From positions 4,640,001 to 4,704,000 of the forward strand of contig OY762209.1 in NCBI GenBank assembly GCA_963665295.1: a DNA stretch of 64,000 nt. Reading direction: 5' to 3'. Positions 50,478 to 60,117 of the stretch are shown here, one piece after another (the stretch's first letter is position 1; every line of letters begins with the position of its first letter). The notes beneath the pieces are model-generated. The model was not told where the DNA came from. It saw only the letters and a program-made list of their open reading frames with translations, and did not search any database. A program made the position numbers and the translations under genes. The stretch comes from Syntrophorhabdaceae bacterium. Its GTDB lineage: Bacteria; Desulfobacterota; Syntrophorhabdia; Syntrophorhabdales; Syntrophorhabdaceae.

Positions 50478-50925
50478 GCCCGGCCCCTACGATACCCGCC
50501 TTTTCCGCCTTTTGCAGGGTAACCGGACTATCGTCCACGATGCCCCAGCAGCTATCGAAAAGCACCGTCTTGTCGTAGCTCAAGTGTATCTCGTCAAAGA
50601 CGAGGCAGTGGGCGTTGAGCCACCGGGCCGTTGCGTCCAGCGTTCCCTTTTCCCTGTGACTGGCTATGATGATGTGAAACCCGGCATCCTTCAGGGACGA
50701 TAGAAATTGCCCGGCTTCCCGGTAAGGGGCGAACATGCCCTGGTCCATGTGGATATCTCTTATGAGGCGGTAGAATATCTTCGGAGACACATACTTCTTC
50801 CAGAAATCGAACTGACGCCACTCGGAGGGTGGAGCCAGACGTCGGTTCACCTCGCGCATCCGCTCATAGAGTACGGAGGCGAGGTCCCAGAGCGTGTTGT
50901 CGATATCCACGATAATTCTTTGCAT
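50383..50925 (-). CDS. HAD-family hydrolase (5'(3')-deoxyribonucleotidase-like)
   Basis: IVDIDNTL, IIASHR, DK, IVDDSP and PWN motifs. Confidence 0.82.
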   Translation of the reverse strand: MQRIIVDIDNTLWDLASVLYERMREVNRRLAPPSEWRQFDFWKKYVSPKIFYRLIRDIHMDQGMFAPYREAGQFLSSLKDAGFHIIIASHREKGTLDATARWLNAHCLVFDEIHLSYDKTVLFDSCWGIVDDSPVTLQKAEKAGIVGAGLEMPWNEGESYPLFDNLEGVLQFLGKRDGFG

Positions 50926-51121
50926 AGATTTCCTATTATACACCAAGACCCGCTCCAGGAAAACCTCTCTCACGGAAAAGGAGGGCCGTAGCGGGCGGCC
51001 GGGAGAGCCCCATCACCTTGATTCCTGTTGACAACCGCCGGATATGACGGCAAAATAGAAACCGGAAAGGAATTGTTTCCATATCCATATTCTTGACCTG
51101 TTCCTTCATTTTGGAGATGCA

Positions 51122-51442
51122 GTGGTAAAAGACGATCCCCGCCGCGTTCCCTCAACATATGTCTACATCGTGGAGTGTGCGGATAAGACCCTCTATACGG
51201 GCCGTACCAATAACATCGCAAAACGCGTCCGGGAGCACAACAGCAGCGGAACAGGGGCCAAGTACACCCGGTCCAGGCGGCCCGTGAAACTGGTCTTCGC
51301 CGAACGTTGCAGCAGCCTTTCCGACGCCCTGAAGCGGGAAGCGGAGATCAAGAAGTTATCACGGGTACAAAAACTTCTGCTTATAGAAGCCCGTCAAGAC
51401 TCTTACGAACCCCTGACCGAAGAGATTCGCGACAGGAATTGA
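51122..51442 (+). CDS. GIY-YIG nuclease family protein (UPF0213)
   Basis: YVYIVEC.D.TLYTG.TNN..KRV.EHN...GAKYTRSRRPV; ALKREAEIKKL. Confidence 0.9.
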   Translation: MVKDDPRRVPSTYVYIVECADKTLYTGRTNNIAKRVREHNSSGTGAKYTRSRRPVKLVFAERCSSLSDALKREAEIKKLSRVQKLLLIEARQDSYEPLTEEIRDRN

Positions 51443-51604
51443 TAACAACCAGGCTCACATAGTCCAGGCCCCGCGAAATGGGGCGACGCAAAATTCCAGG
51501 TGAAACCGAAGCATACTCTCATGAAGATATGCGTGGAATAAACACATTCAGGGGGAGTGCGGGACGCCATAATGCGTGTGTTGCCCGAGGTGTCCCTCTC
51601 CGTC

Positions 51605-53044
51605 TCACGATTGAGGGACGGAAGCGAGCTTCTTTGCCATGTCTCCGAGCACTGCGATGGCCCTTTCGACTTCCTGAGACCACACTGCCGCGTTGAGCCG
51701 TATGTAATTGCGGTACTTATTCCTGGTTGAGAAAATGAGACCGGGAGCTATGGTAATGCCCTTTTTGACCGCCATTTCATAAAGCTCCAGGGCATCGATC
51801 CTTTCCGGCATCTCAACCCAGAGGAAAAACGCGCCCGTGGGCCGGGTGACCCGCGTCCCCAAAGGAAAGTGCCGACCAACGGCGCTTCTCATGGACTCCA
51901 CGTTGCGACTCAGGATTCTCCTGATCCTTCTCAGATGGTGGTCATATCCCCCATTCGAGAGAAATTCGGCGATGGCCATCTGAGGGGGCGTTGCGGAGGT
52001 AAAGCTGTTCACAAATTTCTGGTGTTCAATTCTTTCGCGGAAAGACCCTGAAGAGGCAACCCATCCGACCCTGTATCCCGGGGCCAGGGTCTTTGAAAAG
52101 GACGAACAGAGGACCACGAGACCTTTTTCGTCAAAGCTCTTCACGACACCCGGCCTTTCCGACGAGAAGGAAAGGTCGCCGTAGATGTCATCTTCGATGA
52201 GAGGCACGTCGTGTTCATAGAGAAGGTGCAGAAGGGCTTTCTTCTTCTCATCGGGCATAAGGCTTCCGTTGGGGTTACTGAAATTGGGAACGAGCAGGCA
52301 CGCCTTGACCGGCATCTCTTCAAGAACGTAGGCCACGGTCTCCAGGCTTATTCCGTCCGAAGGATTCGAAGGAATCTCGATAACTTTCAAGCCAAGAGTC
52401 TCGATGGCCTGCAAATGGTTAAAAAAAGCAGGCGATTCGATGATTACCGTATCGCCTGGCCGGCAAAGGGCCCTGAGAGAAAGCATGATCGCCTCCTGAC
52501 ATCCCGTGGTGACAAGGATGTCGTCGGGTGCGAGCCTGCATCCCGACAGAAGAGACCTTCTGGCAATCTGGACACGAAGCTTTTCGTAGCCTCTTACCAT
52601 ATAGGACAGGCTCTGATTCCCCCTTGTTCTTACGACCGAGGCAAGAATGCTGCTCAGCTTCTTGACAGGTAACAGTTCCGGGTTCGGAATCGTAGGTCCG
52701 AGCTGGAGCAGACCAGGGTCCACCATGCTTCTCAGGACCCGGCGAACAATATCATTGATGCTCACGTCCGTGGGTTTTGCGTCCGTTTTTGTTGCCGGAG
52801 CCTCTGTCACAGGCCCCGGGACCAGGGCGCGGACATAATAACCGGACTGGGGGCGAGCTTCCACTATCCCCCTGTCTTCGAGAAGCCGATAGGCCTCCAG
52901 GGCAGTGGCGACGCTCACCTTCATCTTCCTGCTGATAATCCTAATGGAAGGTATCCGATCTCCCGTCCGGAAGGTCCCCTTTGTCACGAGATGGGCAATA
53001 TTGTCTGCAATCTTTTCGTAGAGATTATATCTTTGTCCCCTCAT
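51605..53044 (-). CDS. MocR-family (GntR HTH plus PLP aminotransferase domain) transcriptional regulator
   Basis: GDRIPSIR...VSVAT..AY..LE..G.VEARPQSGYYV; NFSNPNG, IEDDIYG and SFSKTLAPGYRVGW motifs. Confidence 0.93.
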   Translation of the reverse strand: MRGQRYNLYEKIADNIAHLVTKGTFRTGDRIPSIRIISRKMKVSVATALEAYRLLEDRGIVEARPQSGYYVRALVPGPVTEAPATKTDAKPTDVSINDIVRRVLRSMVDPGLLQLGPTIPNPELLPVKKLSSILASVVRTRGNQSLSYMVRGYEKLRVQIARRSLLSGCRLAPDDILVTTGCQEAIMLSLRALCRPGDTVIIESPAFFNHLQAIETLGLKVIEIPSNPSDGISLETVAYVLEEMPVKACLLVPNFSNPNGSLMPDEKKKALLHLLYEHDVPLIEDDIYGDLSFSSERPGVVKSFDEKGLVVLCSSFSKTLAPGYRVGWVASSGSFRERIEHQKFVNSFTSATPPQMAIAEFLSNGGYDHHLRRIRRILSRNVESMRSAVGRHFPLGTRVTRPTGAFFLWVEMPERIDALELYEMAVKKGITIAPGLIFSTRNKYRNYIRLNAAVWSQEVERAIAVLGDMAKKLASVPQS

Positions 53045-53190
53045 CTTCCACCTGCAACGTTATTATACTATGAAGATTAACGCCTTTATATGTACAATAC
53101 TCCATTTTCTCGACCAGCACAGTTCAAAAAAACATCAATTGTGTCGGTAACAATTTTGTAGCGCTGTATCTTACACTTTTACCCGAAGGC

Positions 53191-53212
53191 GTCCATACTA
53201 TCAAGTATGGAC
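53191..53212. promoter_or_regulatory. perfect inverted repeat covering the putative -10 and start codon of the DUF2917 gene
   Basis: GTCCATACT-ATCA-AGTATGGAC. Confidence 0.5.
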
Positions 53213-53503
53213 AAGCTGACATTCCAGATCCTTTATGACCGGTCGTCATCAAGGGAGATTCGGCGGGCAGGAACGAGAGAAACTGATCTTCGCCTTCCCC
53301 GGAGGGCCCTTCTTTCACTGGAGGGGGATTCGCGCGGCGCCCTCGTAACCTGTCATTCAGGCTTCGTCTGGCTCACGCAGGAAGGCGACCGGCGCGACCA
53401 CATCCTGACGGCGGGAAAACAATTTTCCGTAAGCTGCAAGGGAATGGTCCTTATTCAATCCCTGCAGGACGCCTCTCTGAACATAGCCATTTCGGGGACC
53501 TGA
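53207..53503 (+). CDS. DUF2917-family small cupin-like protein
   Basis: VTCHSGFVWLTQEGD.RDHILTAG motif; divergent from the regulator gene. Confidence 0.8.
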   Translation: MDKLTFQILYDRSSSREIRRAGTRETDLRLPRRALLSLEGDSRGALVTCHSGFVWLTQEGDRRDHILTAGKQFSVSCKGMVLIQSLQDASLNIAISGT

Positions 53504-53812
53504 AGCGAAAAGAGCATCTACGTCCGGATCCGCATGCGGAAGATGGGCATCGAGGCGGCCGGTTTACCATGATTGTATTGCCGGGCACTGCTCCAACCGG
53601 TCCTCCCGGCCGAAATCTTATCTCCATTAGCAGTTCACCGGGAACGCGCTCACAAGGCGCGGCCCGGAAACAACCTCGTGTCGTAATAGGGCATCTTCCC
53701 CACATCAGTCAAGGAACAGATGTATAAACTCATTGGGCGTGTCCCCGATGATGTATTAAACTCCATGGCAGGGAAGCATGCCCTTGAGTGGGACCGGGGT
53801 GTCAATCGGACT

Positions 53813-54136
53813 CTATTTCGAACCAGTGAAGTTGCCGGTCCCCATCGGCGGCAGGACTTCAAAACCATCCCTACCGGAAAAGCAAAGGGAATCCTTTGGC
53901 AATATCAACCTCACCATCGGCAGGTCCCACTTCACCGCCTTGTCTCGAGTGAGAATGGGCACCATCCGCTTCTTTATCGCGGCGAAGCATTTGTCATCGC
54001 CGGTGAGGCGAGCTTTGAGGAGGGTCAATTCCCCCGGATCAGCACTAATCATGTAGACCCATGGACGATCGCTCTCTCCACGGAGAAGCACGGAATTGCC
54101 CATTTGCTCCAAGGTGTGGATAGTATAATCCTCCAT
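53813..54136 (-). pseudogene. probable gene fragment, resembling from memory the N-terminal part of GNAT-type acetyltransferases
   Basis: GNSVLLRGESDRPWVY...DKCFAAI...WDLPMVRLILP. No acetyl-CoA-binding half follows, and the downstream frames carry several stops. Confidence 0.35.
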
Positions 54137-54166
54137 AAAATAGATCGCAATACCCTGAAATGTTAC

Positions 54167-55213
54167 ATGTATTACCCTCGCCTAATAAATGAAAAAGGCA
54201 AGAAGCAGCTTTACGGTCCCGGTCACACATCCAAGAAAATAGCCCAACAGTACGAACAAAAGTTGAAAAACGAGATAGCAGAACGAAAGATGTTTCCTGA
54301 GAGATTCCCCGACAAGAAGAAATTCGACGAGTTCGTGCCGGAGTACCTCAAAAAACATGCGACAAGTCTGAAATCGTATGATTTTTATGAAGTAATATGC
54401 ACGATACTAAAGCGGCATTTCGGAGACACCTATCTATATGAGATATCGAGATACCATGTCGAATCTTACCAGGCCGAAAGGTCGAAACAGGTGGGTGTGT
54501 GCATGGTGAACCGCGAGTTAACAATACTGAAGGGCATTTTTACGAAGGCCATTGACTGGGGGTTCCCTATGAAGAATCCCGTAAAAGGTGTCAAACTCGG
54601 CAAAGAGAAACCACGCGAAAGATTCCTGGCTCCCGAAGAGATAGGAAAGCTCATTGAAGCGTGCAGGAAGGAACGACAAGCCCCGTATCTAAATTCCGTC
54701 GTCATCATAGCCTTGTTTACAGGCATGAGAAAGAAAGAATTGTTAACGCTTAAACGCGAGCACATCTCTATGGATCGGGATATCATGAAGATCGTGGGCA
54801 GCAAGAGTGGGGACACGCGGTTCGCCCGTCTTTACCCCACGGCAAAAAGAGAGGTTGCAAAGCTGCTGATTAAGAGCAATAGTGAATACTTGATTCACGA
54901 CAAAGACGGAGAACCGTTTAAGGACATAAAGAAATCTTTTAACGCTGCCGTGAGAAGGGCCGAACTACAGGACGTACGTTTTCACGATCTTAGAAGAACA
55001 TTCGGAACGATCGGGGCTATCGATGCCGGTATTGACGAAAAAGCGATGCAGAACCTGTTGGGTCATGCCTCGATAGAGACCACTATGAAGCATTATGTGA
55101 TGTCCACGGAGGAAACACGAAAAAGAAGCAATCAAGAGGTTGGGTGGTTTACGGGACACCTATATGGACACTTCAAAAAAAGAGGCCGTCACGAAGACGG
55201 CCTAAGTATCTGA
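54167..55213 (+). mobile_element. phage-type tyrosine integrase, probably degenerate
   Basis: VNRELTILK, NPV, FLAPEEI, TGMRKKE, K, RFHDLRRTF, LLGH and TMKHY catalytic residues; AT-richer than the flanks; converges on the tRNA-Ala 3' end. Confidence 0.88.
55175..55203 (-). terminator. intrinsic terminator downstream of tRNA-Ala
   Basis: AGGCCGUC-UUCGU-GACGGCCU followed by CUUUUUUU on the minus strand. Confidence 0.7.
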
Positions 55214-55219
55214 AAAAAA

Positions 55220-55295
55220 TGGTGGAGCTGAACAGGATCGAACTGTCGACCTCTTGACTGCCAGTCAAGCGCTCTCCCAGCTGAGCTACAGCCCC
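55220..55295 (-). tRNA. tRNA-Ala (GGC)
   Basis: GGGGCTGTAGCTCAGCTGGGAGAGCGCTTGACTGGCAGTCAAGAGGTCGACAGTTCGATCCTGTTCAGCTCCACCA; 76-nt cloverleaf with G3:U70 and encoded CCA. Promoter TTGACA-17-TATAAA at 55333-55305. Confidence 0.98.
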
Positions 55296-55347
55296 ACGGC
55301 CTATTTTATAACAGTATAGCGGTTGATTGTCAACACAGAGTTTTGCG

Positions 55348-55911
55348 TCAGGGCTTCTTATGTCCTTCTCCCTGAAGGACTCCGCGTCGAAATATTTCAA
55401 GATTCTTCTCTCTTACCTTCACAGGGACTTTGTTTTTAATGGTCTCTTCAAGGTTCTCCAAGGTAAAAGGCTCTACCCCGAGGCTCGAAAAAAATCCGAG
55501 AACCGCCATGTTGGATGCCTGAACCATGCCACTTTCTTTCGCGAGTCTATCGCCATCAACAAGCAGAGAGGTGATATTTCTCTTATTCAGTAACTCTGTC
55601 ACCGGCTCGGCCAGCGACGTCTTCTCCGTATTTGCAATGGCAAGTCCGCCCACCTTAAGAAAAGGCAGGGTCCGGTAAAACTCACTCTCTTCGAAGGCAA
55701 GGAGGATATCGGCATTTTCACTGCCTACAAGAGGACTTTTGAAATCGCCTATCTTAAGCAGGGATACCACGGAGCCGCCCCTCTGACTCATCCCGTATTC
55801 GTCCGACGCCATGGCATGATAACCCGCCTTTATGGCGGTCTCCAGGATAATGGTGGAGGCGAGAAGCACACCCCTGCCCCCTATTCCCGCACACACGATT
55901 TCAAGCCTCAT
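55348..55911 (-). CDS. iorB: indolepyruvate:ferredoxin oxidoreductase beta subunit
   Basis: AGIGGRGVLLAS, YGMSQRGGSV, SPLV, NMAVLG and KNLEIF motifs. Confidence 0.88.
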   Translation of the reverse strand: MRLEIVCAGIGGRGVLLASTIILETAIKAGYHAMASDEYGMSQRGGSVVSLLKIGDFKSPLVGSENADILLAFEESEFYRTLPFLKVGGLAIANTEKTSLAEPVTELLNKRNITSLLVDGDRLAKESGMVQASNMAVLGFFSSLGVEPFTLENLEETIKNKVPVKVREKNLEIFRRGVLQGEGHKKP

Positions 55912-57137
55912 ATTATTCCCCTGTAAAAAAGCACGGTGAACTCCAACGCATCCTGAAAACGCGCTATCTCCGATATGTCATCGATATGGAAGAAATTGTT
56001 ACACCCATATGCCCCGATAATCTTTTTCATTTCTTCTTCCCTGGTGCTCGCGAGGATCAGGAGCACGTAGGACGAGCCGTTATACATGGTATTGACCAAA
56101 GCGGGCATACCCGCCCGGAACAGGTAGTCTTCGAACGTAACGGCAAGGATCTTCCTCTCCGGTTCAAGTTTCTTCATCCCGTGGGCCATATTGATGGATG
56201 ACGCGGCGCCGAGCGTGTCGCGAACTACCGCAAAACCGCATATGGTCTCCTCCGGCTTCGTCTTTTTCCTTCCTGCAAAAGAGGGTCCGCGAAAGACCCT
56301 TGACCTGTCCCTCATCTGCATCTCGATCACCGGATACGGGCCTTCCGCCATGAAGACCTCGTCCATGTCCGTCACAAACGCTTCCACGAGCCTGAGGGGC
56401 AAAGGGAACACGGTGGAGAGGCAAAGCATGCTCGCATCTTCATCAAAGAACTCAGCCGACGAACGGGTGCAGGTGATGATGCCCGTAGAATCCTTTCGTA
56501 TCGTCACGTTGCCTTCATAGGTTTCGAACTCTTCGCGAATCTTTTCAATCTTTTCGTTCAACCGGCGGTGAAGCTCGTACCTGAATTTCGGCGTTGCCGC
56601 CCACCGGTCCGGGTTCTTTATAAAACGGGAGGGCGCAGCCGTACCGGTGTCCGCCACCGCTTCCATCCTGCCCGAAGAACCCCTTTGTTCCGGAAGGACA
56701 GGTGTTTGAATGACCACGGGTATCTCGTATTTCTCCGAGATGGTATAGCCGAATCCGATAGCCATAGAGAGGGCCTCGGTTCCTTCTGCCACAATGACAG
56801 GTAGTTTCGCAAAGAGACCCACAGGTGTGACTTCTTCCTCGATCTCCTTCAGGCAAAGGATCAGAAAACCCCCTGTCACCCCTGTATACGCGGAGCTCAT
56901 CACGGGGTCCAGTGCATCGTATAAATCCTCGGTAGGGAACATGCATGCCGTTCTTTTCGCCGCGTAGGCGCCCGTGAGAGCCAGCTCATAGGCGATTTTT
57001 GCGTCTAGGCATACTTCGGAACGGGTGAGCGGATACTCCCTCTCAAGCGCTTTCAGAATATCTCCGAGGGTCTTGCTGGTAGTATGGACAAAGCGCACCT
57101 GCCGGTCGAGGAGGAGCCTGCATATGTGCTCGTGCAT
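55908..57137 (-). CDS. highly divergent, shortened IorA-like protein
   Basis: Residual AYTGVTGG, ISEKYEIPV, VFPLP and SINMAHG motifs; overlaps iorB by ATGA; catalytic and Fe-S motifs are missing. Confidence 0.75.
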   Translation of the reverse strand: MHEHICRLLLDRQVRFVHTTSKTLGDILKALEREYPLTRSEVCLDAKIAYELALTGAYAAKRTACMFPTEDLYDALDPVMSSAYTGVTGGFLILCLKEIEEEVTPVGLFAKLPVIVAEGTEALSMAIGFGYTISEKYEIPVVIQTPVLPEQRGSSGRMEAVADTGTAAPSRFIKNPDRWAATPKFRYELHRRLNEKIEKIREEFETYEGNVTIRKDSTGIITCTRSSAEFFDEDASMLCLSTVFPLPLRLVEAFVTDMDEVFMAEGPYPVIEMQMRDRSRVFRGPSFAGRKKTKPEETICGFAVVRDTLGAASSINMAHGMKKLEPERKILAVTFEDYLFRAGMPALVNTMYNGSSYVLLILASTREEEMKKIIGAYGCNNFFHIDDISEIARFQDALEFTVLFYRGII

Positions 57138-57140
57138 GCG

Positions 57141-58238
57141 CTACACCATACCTCTCAATATCTCGATGCCTTTCTCAAGGTTCTCGTCGCTCGCCGCGAA
57201 AGAGATGCGGACATGGGACTTCCTCCCGGAAAATACGCTTCCCGGTATGATAAAGAGCTTATTTTCCAGAGCCCTTTCCACAAAGGCATCGCCGTCGCCG
57301 TCCGGCACCTCGGGGAAGATGAAGAATGCACCCTTCGGTTTCACCACGCGGAATTTATCCTTCAGGCCCTCGTAGATAAGGTCCCGTTTCCGTTTGTACC
57401 CCTCTATCAGGGGGTCCGTATCATAATCGAGGGCAAGGAGCGCCGCCTTTTGCGCAAAAGAGTTGATGCTGCTGAATACATATTGCTGCATGGTCACCAT
57501 GCACTGAATAATCTCCTTGGGACCCGCGGCATAGGCTACTCTCCAGCCCGTCATTGCCCACGTTTTGGAGAAACCGCCGAAAGTGATGGTATTCTCATAG
57601 ATCTGCCCAAGGTAATCCTTACGGAATCCGTTGTCATACACAAATCTGTCGTAAATGTCGTCCGAGAAGACGAGAAGGTTGTTCTCCCTCGCAACGCGGG
57701 CCACCATTTCCAGTTCCTCCCTGGAATTGACCATGCCCGTGGGGTTATTGGGACTATTCACGAGAATTACCTTTGTCTTCTTGGTGATAGCCTTGCGCAA
57801 CGCCTCTTCGTTCAGCGAAAAATCGGGATAAGTATCCACAAACACCGGCTTGCCGCCAAGGAGAGACACCTGGTATTCATAGAGCACGAAATAGGGGTCA
57901 GGGATGATCACCTCGTCGCCGGGGTTCATGGTTACCATGAGGGCAAGAAGGAGCCCCCCTGTCACTCCTGCGGTGATAATCGCATCGTCGCAACAGATAT
58001 CCTTACCTTTAAGGTAGTGGAGTATCTTTTCCCTGAGCTCCGGGATGCCGCCTGAAGGCGTATACTTATTGAAACCGGCCCTTATCCATTTAATCCCCTC
58101 TTCCTTGATTTCTTCGGGGATATCAAAATGGGGTTCCCCGATGCTCAGGTTGATGGGGTCCTTCACTCTGTTCGCAAGGTCAAATATCTTCCTTACCCCA
58201 GACGGCCTTACATTGTTTACCCTGTCTGAGAGAAACAC
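57141..58238 (-). CDS. class I/II PLP aminotransferase (aspartate/aromatic)
   Basis: NLSIGEP, NSPNNPTG, SDDIY, GFSKTWAMTGWRVAY and VRISFA motifs; AGGAGG SD, GTG start. Confidence 0.93.
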   Translation of the reverse strand: MFLSDRVNNVRPSGVRKIFDLANRVKDPINLSIGEPHFDIPEEIKEEGIKWIRAGFNKYTPSGGIPELREKILHYLKGKDICCDDAIITAGVTGGLLLALMVTMNPGDEVIIPDPYFVLYEYQVSLLGGKPVFVDTYPDFSLNEEALRKAITKKTKVILVNSPNNPTGMVNSREELEMVARVARENNLLVFSDDIYDRFVYDNGFRKDYLGQIYENTITFGGFSKTWAMTGWRVAYAAGPKEIIQCMVTMQQYVFSSINSFAQKAALLALDYDTDPLIEGYKRKRDLIYEGLKDKFRVVKPKGAFFIFPEVPDGDGDAFVERALENKLFIIPGSVFSGRKSHVRISFAASDENLEKGIEILRGMV

Positions 58239-58300
58239 TCAATCCTCCTAGCCCGACCCACTCTCGCCCGTATGACTCCGGGGGCGCCGGAATCTCTCCC

Positions 58301-58564
58301 TTATCGCCCCGTTCTGTCGTCAGCATTCGAGCCCACGCTATTTGCGCTCTCAAGTGAATCGATAATACGTTCCATACGTGTTTTGGGCGGTCCTCCGAAA
58401 CATTTCTTCAGGTCTTCCTCCGTGAAGGCTGCCTTAAGGAATTTCATGATATCCGTCCTCTCCCTCCAGCAGCCTACGGTATTTCTGCACGGCATCCCAT
58501 CGTTCACTGAAAGGCAATAGGAGAACTCGGCGACCATACCCAACTGAGTACAATATATATCCAT
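58301..58564 (-). CDS. small four-cysteine hypothetical protein
   Basis: AGAGG SD; YCTQLG...FSYC...PC....CW...PPK pattern. Confidence 0.65.
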   Translation of the reverse strand: MDIYCTQLGMVAEFSYCLSVNDGMPCRNTVGCWRERTDIMKFLKAAFTEEDLKKCFGGPPKTRMERIIDSLESANSVGSNADDRTGR

Positions 58565-58575
58565 AAAATACCTCT

Positions 58576-59943
58576 TTATGCAACCTTCGGCTTGGGAAAT
58601 TTCTCCAGGTCTTTTATAAGCTTCTGGATCTCGTCATCAGGAAGGACATAGTCCACCAGTTTCCCGCTCATGAAGGCGTCGTAAGAAGGAAGGTCGATAA
58701 TACCGTGTCCGCTCCAGCTTATAAGTATGACTTTCTCCTTGCCTTCCTCCTTTGCCCGCTTCGCCTCATCGATAGCGCACGCTATGGCATGGTTGGTCTC
58801 CGGGGCAGGCAGAAACCCTTCGGTCCTCGCAAAGGTAAGGCCCGCGCCGAAAGTCTCGAGCTGGTTGTATGCTTTGGCCTCGATAAGTCCGTCCGCAAAG
58901 AGCCTGCTCACGAGAGGCGCCATGCCGTGGTACCGCAGTCCGCCCGCGTGAATGGGAGCAGGAACGTACGCGCTGCCGATTGAATACATGGGAAGGAGGG
59001 GTGTGGTCCCTGCCGTGTCGCCGAAATCATAGGTATAAGGACCTTTGGTCAACGTGGGACATGAGGTCGGCTCGGAAGCGACGATCCTCACTTCCTTTCC
59101 GTGAATCTTGTCTCTTATGAAAGGAAATGAAATACCCGCGAAATTGCTTCCTCCGCCCGCGCAGCCGATTACGACGTCCGGATACTCACCTACCATGGCG
59201 AATTGTTTTTCTGCTTCGAGGCCGATGATCGTCTGGTGCATGAGCACGTGGTTCAACACGCTTCCCAGGGAGTATTTCGTGTCCTTCGAGGTGACCGCGT
59301 CTTCTATGGCCTCGCTGATGGCAATGCCGAGACTGCCGGAGTGTTCCGGATTTTCTGCCAGGAATTTTCTTCCTGCATTAGTATCGGGGCTCGGACTCGG
59401 AACGCACTTCCCTCCCCACGTCTCCATCATGATCCTTCTGTAGGGCTTCTGATTGTAACTCACCCTTACCATATATACCTTAAGCTCCAGCCCGAACTGG
59501 TTGCACGCGAAGGACAGGGCGCTGCCCCACTGGCCCGCGCCGGTCTCGGTGGTAAGTCTCTTGATGCCCTCTATCTTGTTGTAGTATGCCTGGGCAATGG
59601 CGGTATTGGGTTTGTGGCTTCCCGCAGGGCTCACCCCTTCGTTCTTGAAATAGATATGGGCGGGGGTGTCGAGGAACTTTTCCAGGGAGTAGGCCCTGCA
59701 AAGGGGTGAGGGCCTGTACATCACGAGCCTTGACAGGACTTCCTCCGGAATATCAATCCATCTCTCCGTGCTCACTTCCTGTTCGATCAGGTTCATGGGT
59801 AAAATCGGCGAAAGCATGTCCGGAGTGATAGGCTCGCCTGTCGCGGGGTTGAGGGGCGGCGGAAGAGGATTCGGCAAATCCGCCTGTATATTGTACCATG
59901 CCCTCGGCATATCCTTTTCGCTCAAAAAAATCTTTCTTTCCAT
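58576..59943 (-). CDS. trpB2: tryptophan synthase beta chain type 2 (TrpB2)
   Basis: [48 protein letters not shown] and SGHG motifs; AAGGAGG SD. Confidence 0.96.
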   Translation of the reverse strand: MERKIFLSEKDMPRAWYNIQADLPNPLPPPLNPATGEPITPDMLSPILPMNLIEQEVSTERWIDIPEEVLSRLVMYRPSPLCRAYSLEKFLDTPAHIYFKNEGVSPAGSHKPNTAIAQAYYNKIEGIKRLTTETGAGQWGSALSFACNQFGLELKVYMVRVSYNQKPYRRIMMETWGGKCVPSPSPDTNAGRKFLAENPEHSGSLGIAISEAIEDAVTSKDTKYSLGSVLNHVLMHQTIIGLEAEKQFAMVGEYPDVVIGCAGGGSNFAGISFPFIRDKIHGKEVRIVASEPTSCPTLTKGPYTYDFGDTAGTTPLLPMYSIGSAYVPAPIHAGGLRYHGMAPLVSRLFADGLIEAKAYNQLETFGAGLTFARTEGFLPAPETNHAIACAIDEAKRAKEEGKEKVILISWSGHGIIDLPSYDAFMSGKLVDYVLPDDEIQKLIKDLEKFPKPKVA

Positions 59944-59964
59944 CTCATTTCCTCCTTTTAGAGT

Positions 59965-60075
59965 AATAAAAAAGGCCATGAGCTTTAACCCATGGCCTTT
60001 AAACAAAATCGGCCATGGACGGCGTGAAACCGTCCATGGCCGTTAATTACGGTTTCACACCTATAATAACCGCCA
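59965..60075 (-). promoter_or_regulatory. Trp transcription attenuator of trpB2, with two tandem terminator hairpins
   Basis: Antiterminator GUGAAACCGU / ACGGUUUCAC. T1 is CGGCCAUGGACGG...CCGUCCAUGGCCG plus AUUUUGUUU (60001-60042). T2 is AAAGGCCAUGGG...CUCAUGGCC plus UUUUUU (59965-60000). Confidence 0.88.
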
Positions 60076-60117
60076 CCACCACCAATTTGTCTTTAAACTG
60101 ATCGCTTCGTTCCTCAT
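60061..60117 (-). CDS. trpB2 leader peptide MRNEAISLKTNWWWWRLL
   Basis: 18-codon ORF with four consecutive TGG codons; TTGACA-18-TATAAA promoter at 60155-60126 ends 8 nt before the ATG. Confidence 0.9.
   Translation of the reverse strand: MRNEAISLKTNWWWWRLL

Noticed and set aside
53720..54166. 149-aa N-terminal extension of the integrase ORF, suggesting a novel fusion
   Set aside because: No recognisable domain. It is the antisense of a more protein-like minus-strand fragment, and integrase-like sequence only begins near 54167.
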